Below, in pieces: positions 10,449 to 20,169 of a DNA stretch of 64,000 nt (positions within the stretch are counted from its first letter, which is position 1; each line of letters opens with the position of its first letter). The position numbers and the translations under genes are program-made. The stretch is taken from the NCBI GenBank assembly GCA_964506225.1, contig CAZDKH010000010.1, positions 23,019 to 87,018 on the forward strand. Direction: 5' to 3'. Below the pieces are notes generated by a model. That model did no database searches. It was not told the origin of the DNA and was given only the letters and a program-made list of their open reading frames with translations. Origin of the DNA: an uncultured Gammaproteobacteria bacterium (lineage in GTDB: Bacteria; Patescibacteriota; Microgenomatia; UBA8517).

Positions 10449-11287
10449 AGATTTGGTCTCATACTCTAGTTAAAAATGAAGATAGATATCTTTGGTATGC
10501 CGTTTCCAGTGTAATTGATTATGTGGATAAAGTTCTTCTTTGGGACACAGGAAGTCAAGATAAGACAATCAAGATTATAAGGGAACTTAGAAAAAGATAT
10601 CAAGACAAAATCAGCTTTAAGGAGGTTGGTGAGATTACAGTTAGTGAATTTCCTAGGGTTCGGGAGGAAATGCTTCGGGCGACAAAGGCTCAATGGTTTT
10701 TGATTGTGGATGGGGATGAGGTCTGGTGGAGGGACTCGATTAAAAATTTAAGTAAGACAGTCCGAGAAAGAGGGGATGAATATGAATCTATCGTCTCTTA
10801 TTTTTATAATGTAGTGGGGGATATTTATCACTACCAGCCGAAAACTGCCTCCGGATACGAGATTGATTCAATCAAAGGCAACTTGACCATAAGGGCTATC
10901 AATAAAAAAATTCCGGGTCTTAGAGCCTTGGGGGAGCATGGTCAACAAGGTTATTTTGACATTGAGGGGATTGCGATACAAAAAAGATCAAAGTCTAAAA
11001 GACTCCACATTCCCCAACCTGCCTTTATGCATTTTACAAACATGCCCAGATCATCTCAAAGGTCTTTAGATTTGATGGTTCCGAAAAGGAAATTTAAATA
11101 TAAGTATGAAATAGGCATTCCCTTTCCGCGGGATTTTTATTATCCTGAGGTTTTTTTCGAGAAAAAGCCGGATTTTGTGGATGATGTTTGGGAAAAAATG
11201 AGAACCTCTTATTATCTAATTTCTTTACCTTTAACACTTTTACGCAGGCTAAGAAGAAAACTTTTACCTCTTGGAAAAGGTTATTAA
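10445..11287 (+). CDS. Probable GT2-like glycosyltransferase
   Basis: 'HTLVKNEDRYLWYAVSSVIDYVDKVLLWDTGSQDKT' and 'FLIVDGDEVWW' (a DxD-like motif). The match is weaker than for the neighbouring genes. Confidence 0.55.
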   Translation: MKIWSHTLVKNEDRYLWYAVSSVIDYVDKVLLWDTGSQDKTIKIIRELRKRYQDKISFKEVGEITVSEFPRVREEMLRATKAQWFLIVDGDEVWWRDSIKNLSKTVRERGDEYESIVSYFYNVVGDIYHYQPKTASGYEIDSIKGNLTIRAINKKIPGLRALGEHGQQGYFDIEGIAIQKRSKSKRLHIPQPAFMHFTNMPRSSQRSLDLMVPKRKFKYKYEIGIPFPRDFYYPEVFFEKKPDFVDDVWEKMRTSYYLISLPLTLLRRLRRKLLPLGKGY

Positions 11288-11386
11288 GATGTAAAAAAAC
11301 TGCTTGAGGAAACGAACTTCCCCATGCTTTTGAAGATTTATCCTTCTTCTTGTGGTAATTAAAGATAAAAATGTACAATAGTTGAA

Positions 11387-12097
11387 GTGAAAATGAAACT
11401 GACCATAATTATTCCAGTTTTCAACGAGGATAAAACCGTATCAGAAATCATCAGAAGAGTCAAGAAGGTTAAATTGGCAAAGGGAGTTACAAAGGAAATA
11501 ATTGTTGTTGATGATGGCTCAACTGATAAAAGCCCCAAAATGATTGCAAAAATTAAAAAAATTAAATTCTATAGACACGCGGTAAATAAAGGCAAGGGTG
11601 CTGCCATTAGAACAGGGCTTTCAAAAGCCACTGGTGACATTATCCTTATTCAGGATGCAGATCTTGAGTATAATCCTAGGTATTATCCGAAATTATTAAA
11701 AACAATCTTAGAGGGGAAAAGCAAGGTGGTTTATGGAACAAGACTAAAAAATTATCCTCTTCGTCTTTTGGGTGCCAAAAAAACTCCCCTAATCACCCAC
11801 TATCTTGGAAACAAATTTTTATCTTTAGTGACAAACGTTTTGTACGGCAATAGATTAAGCGATATGGAGACTTGCTATAAGGTTTTTTTAAGGGAATGTG
11901 TTGAGACTATAAAGTTAAATGCTAACAGGTTTGAATTTGAACCCGAAATAACAGCTAAAATATTAAAAAGAGGCTACAAAATTACAGAAGTTCCAATCAG
12001 AATCCGGCCAAGAGGTTATGATCAAGGGAAAAAAATCACTTGGAAAGACGGGTTTATTGCTCTTTGGACACTTATAAAATACAGATTTGTGGATTGA
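11387..12097 (+). CDS. GT2 glycosyltransferase, polyprenyl-phosphate sugar synthase-like
   Basis: 'LTIIIPVFNEDKTVSEII...IIVVDDGSTDKS...GKGAAIRTGL...IQDADLEY'. The start is GTG 11387 or ATG 11393. It follows one of the few intergenic gaps in the cluster (99 nt). Confidence 0.8.
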   Translation: MKMKLTIIIPVFNEDKTVSEIIRRVKKVKLAKGVTKEIIVVDDGSTDKSPKMIAKIKKIKFYRHAVNKGKGAAIRTGLSKATGDIILIQDADLEYNPRYYPKLLKTILEGKSKVVYGTRLKNYPLRLLGAKKTPLITHYLGNKFLSLVTNVLYGNRLSDMETCYKVFLRECVETIKLNANRFEFEPEITAKILKRGYKITEVPIRIRPRGYDQGKKITWKDGFIALWTLIKYRFVD

Positions 12098-12099
12098 TT

Positions 12100-13176
12100 A
12101 TGAAAATCGCAATTCTTTCCTTTTTCAGCGGACAAAATCAAAGGGGAGTCGAAAACTGGACGCACGAGATTGCTCAGAGGCTGACAAGAAAGGGTAATAA
12201 GTTAACAGTATTCCAGGCCGGTAAAAATATACCCGTTTCGGATTATCAAACCTTTATTGTTAATTTAACTGTCGATTGGAAAAAGCCAGATTTTCGAGGA
12301 AGTTTGGCCAGAAGATTATTTGCAGACTACTGGAGTGTTAGAATTGCTATTTTTACCTTGAAGATTATACCCAAGATTTGGCTGGAAGGGTTTGATATCC
12401 TTATCCCCACAAATGGGGGATGGCAGGTTGCCTTGGTGCGGCTTATTACTTGGCTTAGGGGGCAAAAGATGGTAGTTGTCGGGCATTCTGGAATTGGTTG
12501 GGATGACGCAAATAATCTTTTTAGTTTTCCCGACGTTTTTGTAGCCCTGACCCATGAAGCCCAGAAATGGGCAAAAAAAATAAATCCCTTTGTAAAAAGC
12601 GTAGTTATCCCCAATGGGGTTAATCTTAAAACTTTTTATCCACTTGGAAAGAAAGCTAAAATTGCTCTTCCTGAACCTATCATTTTGGTTGTTGGAGCAT
12701 TGGAGCCAGGAAAAAGAATTGACCTGGCTATCCGTGCAGTTTCCAAATTAAAAAATGCCAGTCTTTTGGTTTTGGGAAAAGGAAAACTGGAGTCTAAAAT
12801 TAAAAAGCTGGGCAGTCAACTATTGGGAAAAAGGTTTTTACTTACCTGCGCCCCTCATACTGAATTACCTGAGTTCTATAGAGCTTGCAAAGTTTTTACA
12901 CTGCCTTCATGGAGACAAGAGGCTTTTGGAATAGTTTATCTGGAGGCATTGGCAAGTGGGTTGCCGGTTGTTGCAACTGACGACTCCAAGAGAAAAGAGA
13001 TTATTGGGAATGCAGGTATTTTAGTGGAGCCGACAGATATTCAAGCTTATGCTCTTGCTTTGGGCAAAGCACTTCGGATTAATTGGAAAGATAAACCCCG
13101 AAAACAAGCTGAAAAATTTGACTGGGAGAGAATTTCTGAAAAATATGCAAGGCTTTTTGAAAATCTACTTAGATGA
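12100..13176 (+). CDS. GT4 (GT-B) glycosyltransferase
   Basis: ATG 12100 ('MKIAILSFFSG') was chosen over the track start at 12040, which lies inside the upstream gene. The C-terminal 'EAFGIVYLEALASGLPVVATD' is the GT4 E-x7-E region. Confidence 0.8.
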   Translation: MKIAILSFFSGQNQRGVENWTHEIAQRLTRKGNKLTVFQAGKNIPVSDYQTFIVNLTVDWKKPDFRGSLARRLFADYWSVRIAIFTLKIIPKIWLEGFDILIPTNGGWQVALVRLITWLRGQKMVVVGHSGIGWDDANNLFSFPDVFVALTHEAQKWAKKINPFVKSVVIPNGVNLKTFYPLGKKAKIALPEPIILVVGALEPGKRIDLAIRAVSKLKNASLLVLGKGKLESKIKKLGSQLLGKRFLLTCAPHTELPEFYRACKVFTLPSWRQEAFGIVYLEALASGLPVVATDDSKRKEIIGNAGILVEPTDIQAYALALGKALRINWKDKPRKQAEKFDWERISEKYARLFENLLR

Positions 13177-13922
13177 AGGGAATTACCACAACCATTATTG
13201 CCAAAGATGAAGAAAAAACGATTGGAAAGGCGATTAAAAGTGTGCTTTCATTTTCCAGTGAAGTTATTGTGATTCTTGATAGTAGGACAAAGGATAAAAC
13301 AGCACAAACGGCCAAAAAACTTGGTGCGAAAGTTTTTAAGCGTGTTTTTGATAATTTTGCAAATCAAAAAAATTACGCAGCCTCAAAAGCCAGTGGTGAG
13401 TGGATTTTCTCCTTGGATGCAGATGAAATTGTAACCCCAAAGCTGGCTGAAGAAATAAAAAGGACAATTTCCGATACGGATTGTGACGCCTTTTTAATAC
13501 CCAGAAGAAACTTCCTTTTGGGAGGAGAGATTAAACATACCCGTTGGAGTCCAGATAAACACATCTGGCTTTGGAGAAAAGAAAAAGGGGGGTGGGTTGG
13601 AGAGGTTCACGAAGAAGTCAAAGTTACTGGAAAGATTGGCGAGCTTTTACATCCAAAAATTCATTATCAGTACAAAAAAATCTATGAATTTTTGGAGATG
13701 GTTAACTTTTACACCCAGCTTGAAGCAGAAGAAAAAATCAAAAGGCGCTTTACTTTTTCTTATTTTAAATTTTTTTATTATCCTTTTCGTTCTTTTGTCG
13801 GCAGGTATTTTTTAAAACTTGGGTTTTTGGATGGATGGCGAGGTTTTGTTTTATCCTATCTTATGGCAATCTACAGGTTAGTGACTTGGGTGAAGGTTTG
13901 GGAAAATGAAAAGGCTTCTTGA
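13173..13922 (+). CDS. GT2 glycosyltransferase
   Basis: 'IIAKDEEKTIGKAIKSV...DNFANQKNYAASKASGEWIFSLDADE' is a GT2 nucleotide-sugar binding/DxD block. The start overlaps the upstream stop (ATGA). Confidence 0.75.
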   Translation: MKGITTTIIAKDEEKTIGKAIKSVLSFSSEVIVILDSRTKDKTAQTAKKLGAKVFKRVFDNFANQKNYAASKASGEWIFSLDADEIVTPKLAEEIKRTISDTDCDAFLIPRRNFLLGGEIKHTRWSPDKHIWLWRKEKGGWVGEVHEEVKVTGKIGELLHPKIHYQYKKIYEFLEMVNFYTQLEAEEKIKRRFTFSYFKFFYYPFRSFVGRYFLKLGFLDGWRGFVLSYLMAIYRLVTWVKVWENEKAS

Positions 13923-15369
13923 AAAAAATTCATTACTTTTTATTGTCTTTCTATCTTTATTGTTAAGATTGGTTTGGATAGATCAGGGCCTATGGCTGGA
14001 TGAGGCTATAGGCGCTCTGGAAGTCAAAAGACACGGGTTTTGGGGAATACTGACTATTTTTATTAGAAATGACAACCACCCGCCATTGTACTATCTTTTA
14101 CTGGAAGCTTGGACAAGAATTTTTGGTTTTAGTGATTTTGCCATAAGGAGTTTATCGGTTATCTTGGGAGTATTAAATGTTTTAGTTCTTGTTAAAGTTG
14201 CCCAGCTTGTTTTTCCGAATAAAAAAGGGCTGCAGAAGGCGGTGGGATTATTTTTAGCAACTTCGCCTTTCCATATCTACTACTCCCAAGAAGCGAGGAT
14301 GTACATAGTGGCTGCTTTTTTAACATGTCTTTCTATTTATTCTTTCCTCAAACTTGTTAAGGGGCAGAGTCTTTTTGACTGGATACTTTTTTCTTTTTCA
14401 ATTACGGCAACAGTTTTTACTGACTATTTGCCTTTTTTTATTCTTCCTGCCCTTTGGTTATTTGCGCTTTTGAGGATTAGAGACAGTGGGTGGTGGAGAA
14501 GTTTTTTGCTTTCTCATCTACCAATTTTTGTTTTAGGTTTACTTTGGCTACCAACTTTTTTTATCCAGCTTTCTTCTGGTGGCTGGCTTGTTTCCATTCT
14601 CCCGGCTTGGGCAGAGCTTGCCGGAGGAGCAACATTAAAAAATCTGCTTTTGGTTTGGATGAAGTTTATCTTAGGCAGAATTTCTCTTTTGCCTAAGTAT
14701 TTTTACTATGCCCTTATTGTTTTAGCTTCGCTTCCTTTTGTTTTTGTTTTTTTGCAATCTCTTAAAAAATTTAAAAAATTTCTGATAATTTTTCTTTGGT
14801 TTTTTATCCCTCTTTTTTTGGGTTTTGTTTTTTCTTTTATTTTCCCAGCCTTTTATTATTTTCGTTTTCTTTTTATTTATCCAGCATTTGTGCTTTTGTT
14901 GTTTGTTGGTCTTCTAGGGTTGACAAGAAATAAGAAAAAAATTCTTTTTTCTATTCTTATTTTTTGCAATTTAGTGGGTTTTTACTTTTATGTAGCCGAT
15001 GAGAATCAAAGAAGGGAACAGTGGCGCGAAGCTACACGGTTTTTGGAAAAAAGCGCTGATGAAGACGCTGTGGTAGTTTTTATCTATCCAGAACCTTTTG
15101 CAGCCTATCGCTGGTATCAAAGAGGCATTATCAAAGCCTATGGGGTAACCGATTCTATTTCTGCCAATAAAGATGAAACCTTAAAAATAACCAAAAAAGC
15201 AATTTCAGACAAAAGCAAAGTCTATCAATTTAGTTATCTTGAAGATTTGACTGACCCCCAAGGCCTTGTCAGGCAGACTTTGAGAGAGAGCGGTTTTAGA
15301 ATTACAAAGACATTTTCTGAATTTAAGGGTGTAGGATTAATAAATTTATGGGAAAAAGAAGAATTTTAA
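13906..15369 (+). CDS. GT-C glycosyltransferase, PMT_2/ArnT-like (GT39/GT83-type)
   Basis: Polytopic protein. 'LWLDEAIG' is the acidic first-loop motif, and 'NDNHPPLYYLLLEAW' is typical of this family. Confidence 0.75.
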   Translation: MKRLLEKNSLLFIVFLSLLLRLVWIDQGLWLDEAIGALEVKRHGFWGILTIFIRNDNHPPLYYLLLEAWTRIFGFSDFAIRSLSVILGVLNVLVLVKVAQLVFPNKKGLQKAVGLFLATSPFHIYYSQEARMYIVAAFLTCLSIYSFLKLVKGQSLFDWILFSFSITATVFTDYLPFFILPALWLFALLRIRDSGWWRSFLLSHLPIFVLGLLWLPTFFIQLSSGGWLVSILPAWAELAGGATLKNLLLVWMKFILGRISLLPKYFYYALIVLASLPFVFVFLQSLKKFKKFLIIFLWFFIPLFLGFVFSFIFPAFYYFRFLFIYPAFVLLLFVGLLGLTRNKKKILFSILIFCNLVGFYFYVADENQRREQWREATRFLEKSADEDAVVVFIYPEPFAAYRWYQRGIIKAYGVTDSISANKDETLKITKKAISDKSKVYQFSYLEDLTDPQGLVRQTLRESGFRITKTFSEFKGVGLINLWEKEEF

Positions 15370-16712
15370 TATTTCTCTTAATAATTTTGTTTCATTTGTT
15401 TTTATTAAAAAGCATAAACTTTTTTCCTTATCCAGAGCTTTTTGTCTATTCGTATTTAACCTCCAAGGGTTTTTTACCCTATGCACAGATATTTGACCAA
15501 CACTTTCCGGGATTGGTTTTTTCTCCAATCAATCTTTATTCGCTTGGAATGATGACCCCGCAAAGGATTGCTCTTTTTCACTTTGCTTTTATTTGCATTT
15601 CACATCTTTTCTTATTCAAAATTTCACAAAAAATGTTTAAAGGTTGGTTAATCTTTTTACCTAACCTCCTTTATCTTATTTGGCAACCTTATTTTGAGGG
15701 GTATGTTTTTTGGATAGATAGCTTTATTACGCCGTTTCTATTAGCCTCTTTTTATTATCTTTTTAGCGACAAAAAGATTAATCTCTTTGTCTCAGGAATT
15801 CTCTTGGGGTTTGCTTTTACTTGTAAACAAGTAGTTTTGCCACTGATTTTTCTTTTGATTTTGTATCTTTTTTTGATAAGAAGAAAAGGAATATTTATTT
15901 TTTTATTAGGATTATCCTTGCCGTTATTGATTATGCTTTTGTATATTTTGAAAATTGGAGTTTGGAAAGAGTTTTATTATTGGACAATCACTTATAATCT
16001 AACAACATTTGCCTATCTGGGAAGAAAATTACCTACCTTATCACTTTTATTAAGGGCTGGTTTGGTTTTTTTTATTGGCTCAATCGCTTGGTTCACTGTA
16101 ATTTATAAAAATGCCAAAAAAGGCGCAACTTTACTAGGGATTTTTGGCTTTGCGTCTTTGTTTTTTACCTTTGCCAGATTTGACTATATTCATCTTCAGC
16201 CATCGCTACCATTTTTTCTTTTAATGATTGTGCTTCTTTTTTCCAGACTGTCAATGAGATTAAAGATTTTATTTGGAGCTTTCTATCTACTGACCAGCTT
16301 ATTGCTCATTAGTAGATTTTATATAATTATGCGTGGTAGTAAGGTATATTTTTTTGGTAATCTCGAGAAGGAGGTAGCTATGGAAGTTAGAAAACTCACC
16401 AAACCTGCTGAGAAAGTTTTTGCACTTGGTACTTTGCCCCATCTTTATTATCTTTCTGAGAGGTTACCGCCGGGAGGAATATTTGCTTTTCAATTTCCAT
16501 GGGTTATGGTTGTTGCAGAAGAAAGGATTTTGCTGGGTTTGATTTCCGACCCGCCGGCATTGGTCGTCAGAGATACAAAAGCTCAAGTTGACGACAACCT
16601 TAACATAATTTCTTTTATTCCCGAGATTCATAAATACGTAGAAGAAAACTACCTATTATATAAGAGGATAGGTGAGAGTACAGAAATACTAATCAAAAGG
16701 GAAAAGCTGTGA
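15348..16712 (+). CDS. Polytopic membrane protein, possible GT-C glycosyltransferase
   Basis: 454 aa with many hydrophobic helices, an early 'IFDQHFPG' loop and a soluble C-terminal tail. It overlaps the upstream gene by 22 nt. The function is assigned from context only. Confidence 0.5.
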   Translation: MGKRRILIFLLIILFHLFLLKSINFFPYPELFVYSYLTSKGFLPYAQIFDQHFPGLVFSPINLYSLGMMTPQRIALFHFAFICISHLFLFKISQKMFKGWLIFLPNLLYLIWQPYFEGYVFWIDSFITPFLLASFYYLFSDKKINLFVSGILLGFAFTCKQVVLPLIFLLILYLFLIRRKGIFIFLLGLSLPLLIMLLYILKIGVWKEFYYWTITYNLTTFAYLGRKLPTLSLLLRAGLVFFIGSIAWFTVIYKNAKKGATLLGIFGFASLFFTFARFDYIHLQPSLPFFLLMIVLLFSRLSMRLKILFGAFYLLTSLLLISRFYIIMRGSKVYFFGNLEKEVAMEVRKLTKPAEKVFALGTLPHLYYLSERLPPGGIFAFQFPWVMVVAEERILLGLISDPPALVVRDTKAQVDDNLNIISFIPEIHKYVEENYLLYKRIGESTEILIKREKL

Positions 16713-17791
16713 AAATTGCAATTGACATATCTCAGGTTGTTTATGGAACAGGGGTATCTGTCTATGTAGAAAATCTTGTCAAAAATCTATTAGAGATAGA
16801 CCGTGAAAATTCATATATTCTTTACGCTGGTATTTTAAGAAGATTCGGGGATTTAAAGAAGTTTTTTGGTTCTTTACCCAAAAGCTCAAACTTTCAAAAA
16901 AGGATATTTCCAATTTCTCCGACATTTGCGCACATTATTTGGAACAAGATGCATGTTTTTCCTATTGATTATCTTGTGGGGAATATGGATATTTTTCATT
17001 CGTCGGATTGGACTCAGCCACCAACACGAGCTTACAAGGTTACCACTATTCATGATTTATATCAGATAAAATTTCCTGATTATTGTGACCCAAAGATAGT
17101 TAGTGTTCATAGGGCCCGTTTGTCATGGGTGAAGAAAGAAATTGACAAAGTTATTGTTCCATCTTTTGCCACTTTTAATGACCTTGTTGATTTGGGATTT
17201 CAAAAAGAAAAAATTAGCATAGTAGCCGAGGCAGTTGATCCTGTTTTTAGGCCCAAGTCTCAAAAGATAATTAACAAAATCTTGAGAAAATACAAAATAA
17301 CTAAAAAATATATTTTATCTATTGGTTACTCAGAGAGAAAAAACAGCGCTCGGATAATAGAGGTCTTTCAAAATTATTTCCAAAAACAAGGGTACTTGTT
17401 GGTTTTCACCGGAAATTATCCGGTGGGCCTTAATTTTGGAAACTCTATCAGATTTTTGGGTCATATCCCCAAAAAAGACTTACCAGCTTTGTACTCAGGA
17501 GCTACCGTTTTGCTATATCCTTCAATTTATGAGGGATTTGGATTGCCGGTTTTGGAAGCCTTTGCTTGCAAGTGTCCTGTTGTGACTTCTAACACCTCTT
17601 CTCTACCAGAGGTGGGGAAGGGGGGAGCAGTTTTGGTTGATCCCTACAGCGTGGATTCTATTGCTGATGGAGTATTAAAGGTTATCAAAAAAAGAAGAAG
17701 TTTAGTAGATAAAGGAATTAAAAAAATCAAAAGTTTTTCATGGAGAAAGACAGCAATGGAAACACTTAAGGTTTATAATAGAATGTTTTAA
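16709..17791 (+). CDS. GT4 glycosyltransferase
   Basis: 'SIYEGFGLPVLEAFACKCPVVTSNTSSLPEV' is the E-x7-E motif. The start is a GTGA overlap. Confidence 0.85.
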   Translation: MKIAIDISQVVYGTGVSVYVENLVKNLLEIDRENSYILYAGILRRFGDLKKFFGSLPKSSNFQKRIFPISPTFAHIIWNKMHVFPIDYLVGNMDIFHSSDWTQPPTRAYKVTTIHDLYQIKFPDYCDPKIVSVHRARLSWVKKEIDKVIVPSFATFNDLVDLGFQKEKISIVAEAVDPVFRPKSQKIINKILRKYKITKKYILSIGYSERKNSARIIEVFQNYFQKQGYLLVFTGNYPVGLNFGNSIRFLGHIPKKDLPALYSGATVLLYPSIYEGFGLPVLEAFACKCPVVTSNTSSLPEVGKGGAVLVDPYSVDSIADGVLKVIKKRRSLVDKGIKKIKSFSWRKTAMETLKVYNRMF

Positions 17792-17802
17792 TTGAATAAT
17801 TC

Positions 17803-18930
17803 ATGATTATTGGTATAGATGGTAATGAAGCAAATTGTCCTGAAAAGGTTGGGGTAAACCAATATGCTTATAATTTGCTTTGGGCGCTTAAAAGACTTGA
17901 GACCAGTTGGTCAAAAAAACATAGGGTTATAGTATATTTGAAAAATTCTCCCAGAAATGATCTTCCTTGCGAGAGCTTTTACTGGCAATATCGGTTGTTG
18001 CCTGGTAAAAGACTTTGGATAATTACCAAATTAATGCCGTTTTTGTATACAACAAAGGAAAAAATTGATGTTTTTTTTACCCCCGGTCATTATTTACCGC
18101 CTTTTTTACCTGTTCCAGCGGTCTGTGCAGTTATGGATCTCGGATATCTCAAATTTTCGGAACAATTTAAAGCTTATGATTTTTGGCAATTAAAGCTTTG
18201 GACTGCTTGGTCCATACTTAAGGCAAAAAAAGTATTTGCAATATCCGAAACTACCAAAAAGGATATTGTACGACATTATCCTTTTGCAGCGAAAAAAGTC
18301 TGTGTTACATTGCTTGGGTATGATAAAAAGATGTTTTATCTAAAAAAAGACATAGATGATGTGCGACGAATAAAGAAAAAATACTCTATAGTAAATGAGT
18401 ATGTCTTGTTTATCGGCACATTAAGGCCTAGTAAAAATGTTGAGGGATTGATTAGGGCATGGTCTGAAGTTTGTAAAAGATATCCTGATATATGTCTTGT
18501 TATAGCCGGTAAAAAAGGTTGGTTGTATGAGTCAATTTTCAAAAAAGTTAACTCTTTAAAACTTCGAAAAAGGGTGATTTTTACCGGTTTTTTAGCAGAG
18601 GAGGATAAACCTTCTTTAATAAAAGGAGCAAAAGCCTTTGTCATGCCATCTTTTTGGGAAGGGTTTGGAATAGATGTAGTTAACGCCATGGCCTGTGGGG
18701 TTCCGGTAGTCATTTCTAATCAAGGAAGTTTACCAGAGATTGGGGGAGAAGCAGCAGTATATGTTAATCCTTATGACGCTCATAGTATTGCAGATGGAAT
18801 AATAAAAGTTCTTTCAATGAGCAGAAACGATTATAATAAGATAGTTAAAGAGAATCTGAAATGGGTTAAAAGGTTTGACTGGGAAAAAACTGCAAGAAAA
18901 TCTCTTGAAGAAATAGAGAAAATTGTATGA
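17803..18930 (+). CDS. GT4 glycosyltransferase
   Basis: '[32 protein letters not shown]'. Confidence 0.85.
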   Translation: MIIGIDGNEANCPEKVGVNQYAYNLLWALKRLETSWSKKHRVIVYLKNSPRNDLPCESFYWQYRLLPGKRLWIITKLMPFLYTTKEKIDVFFTPGHYLPPFLPVPAVCAVMDLGYLKFSEQFKAYDFWQLKLWTAWSILKAKKVFAISETTKKDIVRHYPFAAKKVCVTLLGYDKKMFYLKKDIDDVRRIKKKYSIVNEYVLFIGTLRPSKNVEGLIRAWSEVCKRYPDICLVIAGKKGWLYESIFKKVNSLKLRKRVIFTGFLAEEDKPSLIKGAKAFVMPSFWEGFGIDVVNAMACGVPVVISNQGSLPEIGGEAAVYVNPYDAHSIADGIIKVLSMSRNDYNKIVKENLKWVKRFDWEKTARKSLEEIEKIV

Positions 18931-19571
18931 TTATTTACTCTGAAAATATAAAAATTACTAAGTCTGGATTAAAATTTACTGATAAACATGGAGAGCCCCT
19001 AAGTTATAGTCAGGCCAGTGAAAAAATACTGGGGCGGGTTCAGAATTGGTTTTTAGATTTTGAACTTTTTCTAATCCACCTTGTTAGTTTTCATATTCCG
19101 TTTCATAGTTTTAGAAAATTTATTTTCAGACTTGCAGGTGTGAAAATAGGCCGTGGAAGTACACTACATATGGGTTGCAAGTTTTTTTATCCCAAAGGAG
19201 TATCAATTGGTGAAGATACCATAATTGGCGACAGAAGTTTTTTGGACGGCAGAGCGCCTTTAACTATTGGAAATCATGTAGACATTGCCTCGGAGGTGAT
19301 GATTTATAATTCAGAGCATAATATAAACGATGAGTATTTTCGAGCCACTACTTCTCCTGTTACAATAAAAGATTATGTCTTTATTGGACCAAGGGCGATA
19401 ATCTTACCCGGTGTAAATATAGGAAAAGGAGCGATTGTTGCTGCTGGAGCAGTGGTTACTAAGGATGTTGGTGATTTTGCAATTGTTGCTGGTGTTCCGG
19501 CAAAAGTTATAGGAGAAAGAAAAAACAAAAAACCACGCTACAGGCTTGGTAGAGCTCGTCTTTTCCAGTAA
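18927..19571 (+). CDS. Hexapeptide-repeat (LbH) O-acetyltransferase
   Basis: Repeated [LIV]-G-x4 units ('[25 protein letters not shown]...[25 protein letters not shown]') and the end motif '[12 protein letters not shown]'. Confidence 0.8.
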   Translation: MIIYSENIKITKSGLKFTDKHGEPLSYSQASEKILGRVQNWFLDFELFLIHLVSFHIPFHSFRKFIFRLAGVKIGRGSTLHMGCKFFYPKGVSIGEDTIIGDRSFLDGRAPLTIGNHVDIASEVMIYNSEHNINDEYFRATTSPVTIKDYVFIGPRAIILPGVNIGKGAIVAAGAVVTKDVGDFAIVAGVPAKVIGERKNKKPRYRLGRARLFQ

Positions 19572-20083
19572 TGAAGATTCTAGTCGCTATTTTTATATTT
19601 TTTATAACTGCTATCTACCTTATAGTGCCTAGTCCCGATTTTCCACCTCCTCCTCCGGACTCAGTTCGTTCTTCAGAACCTGCGGACACAGAGTCGCCAC
19701 TTAGGAGAGCGTATTTTACAAATATGTCTCGGGAAGAAGTTATAAATTTTTATAGAAAAAGCTTTGACGGGAATACCCGTTTTTTTTCCATAAGGCTTAA
19801 TTACCCACCGGAGGAAGCCCAGACAATAATCAGAGACCAAACAAGAAGTACTTATTTAGAAGAAATTGTTCACCCTTTGCGTGAAACAATTTACATAAAT
19901 GGCTTTGAGCCAAAAGAAAAAAAGGATGAGATTTGGTATGAGGGTAAGCACTTTAGGCAAAAAGTTATAGTTAGGTATGTACCCAGTAGCTCAATTACCA
20001 GGTTGTCTATATGGTTTTGTACATTTGTAATTGGATATTTTATTTTTAAAGAATTAACTAATTTTTGTAATTTGAAAAAATGA
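19571..20083 (+). CDS. Hypothetical protein with N- and C-terminal hydrophobic helices
   Basis: 170-aa ORF with an N-terminal helix followed by 'PDFPPPPPDS'. No family was recognised. Confidence 0.4.
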   Translation: MKILVAIFIFFITAIYLIVPSPDFPPPPPDSVRSSEPADTESPLRRAYFTNMSREEVINFYRKSFDGNTRFFSIRLNYPPEEAQTIIRDQTRSTYLEEIVHPLRETIYINGFEPKEKKDEIWYEGKHFRQKVIVRYVPSSSITRLSIWFCTFVIGYFIFKELTNFCNLKK

Positions 20084-20133
20084 TAACTCAATTGTTGGAG
20101 CTAAGAATGAGAGAAGATGGTAAGCCTAAAAGG

Positions 20134-20161
20134 TTGGTAATAAAAATAAAGATAATATAAG
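20134..20161 (+). promoter_or_regulatory. Candidate sigma70-type promoter (TTGGTA-16-TATAAG)
   Basis: TTGGTA at 20134-20139, a 16-nt spacer, then TATAAG at 20156-20161, with ATG 8 nt downstream. Based on a motif match only. Confidence 0.3.
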
Positions 20162-20169
20162 GCCTAAGA

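Noticed and set aside
12040-12099. N-terminal extensions given by the ORF track for several genes: 12040, 9702, 21527, 30247, 42838, 36267 and 58017.
   Set aside because: The extensions lie inside the upstream gene and encode non-conserved sequence. Downstream ATG/GTG codons give canonical family N-termini and the start/stop coupling typical of this locus, so the starts were moved.
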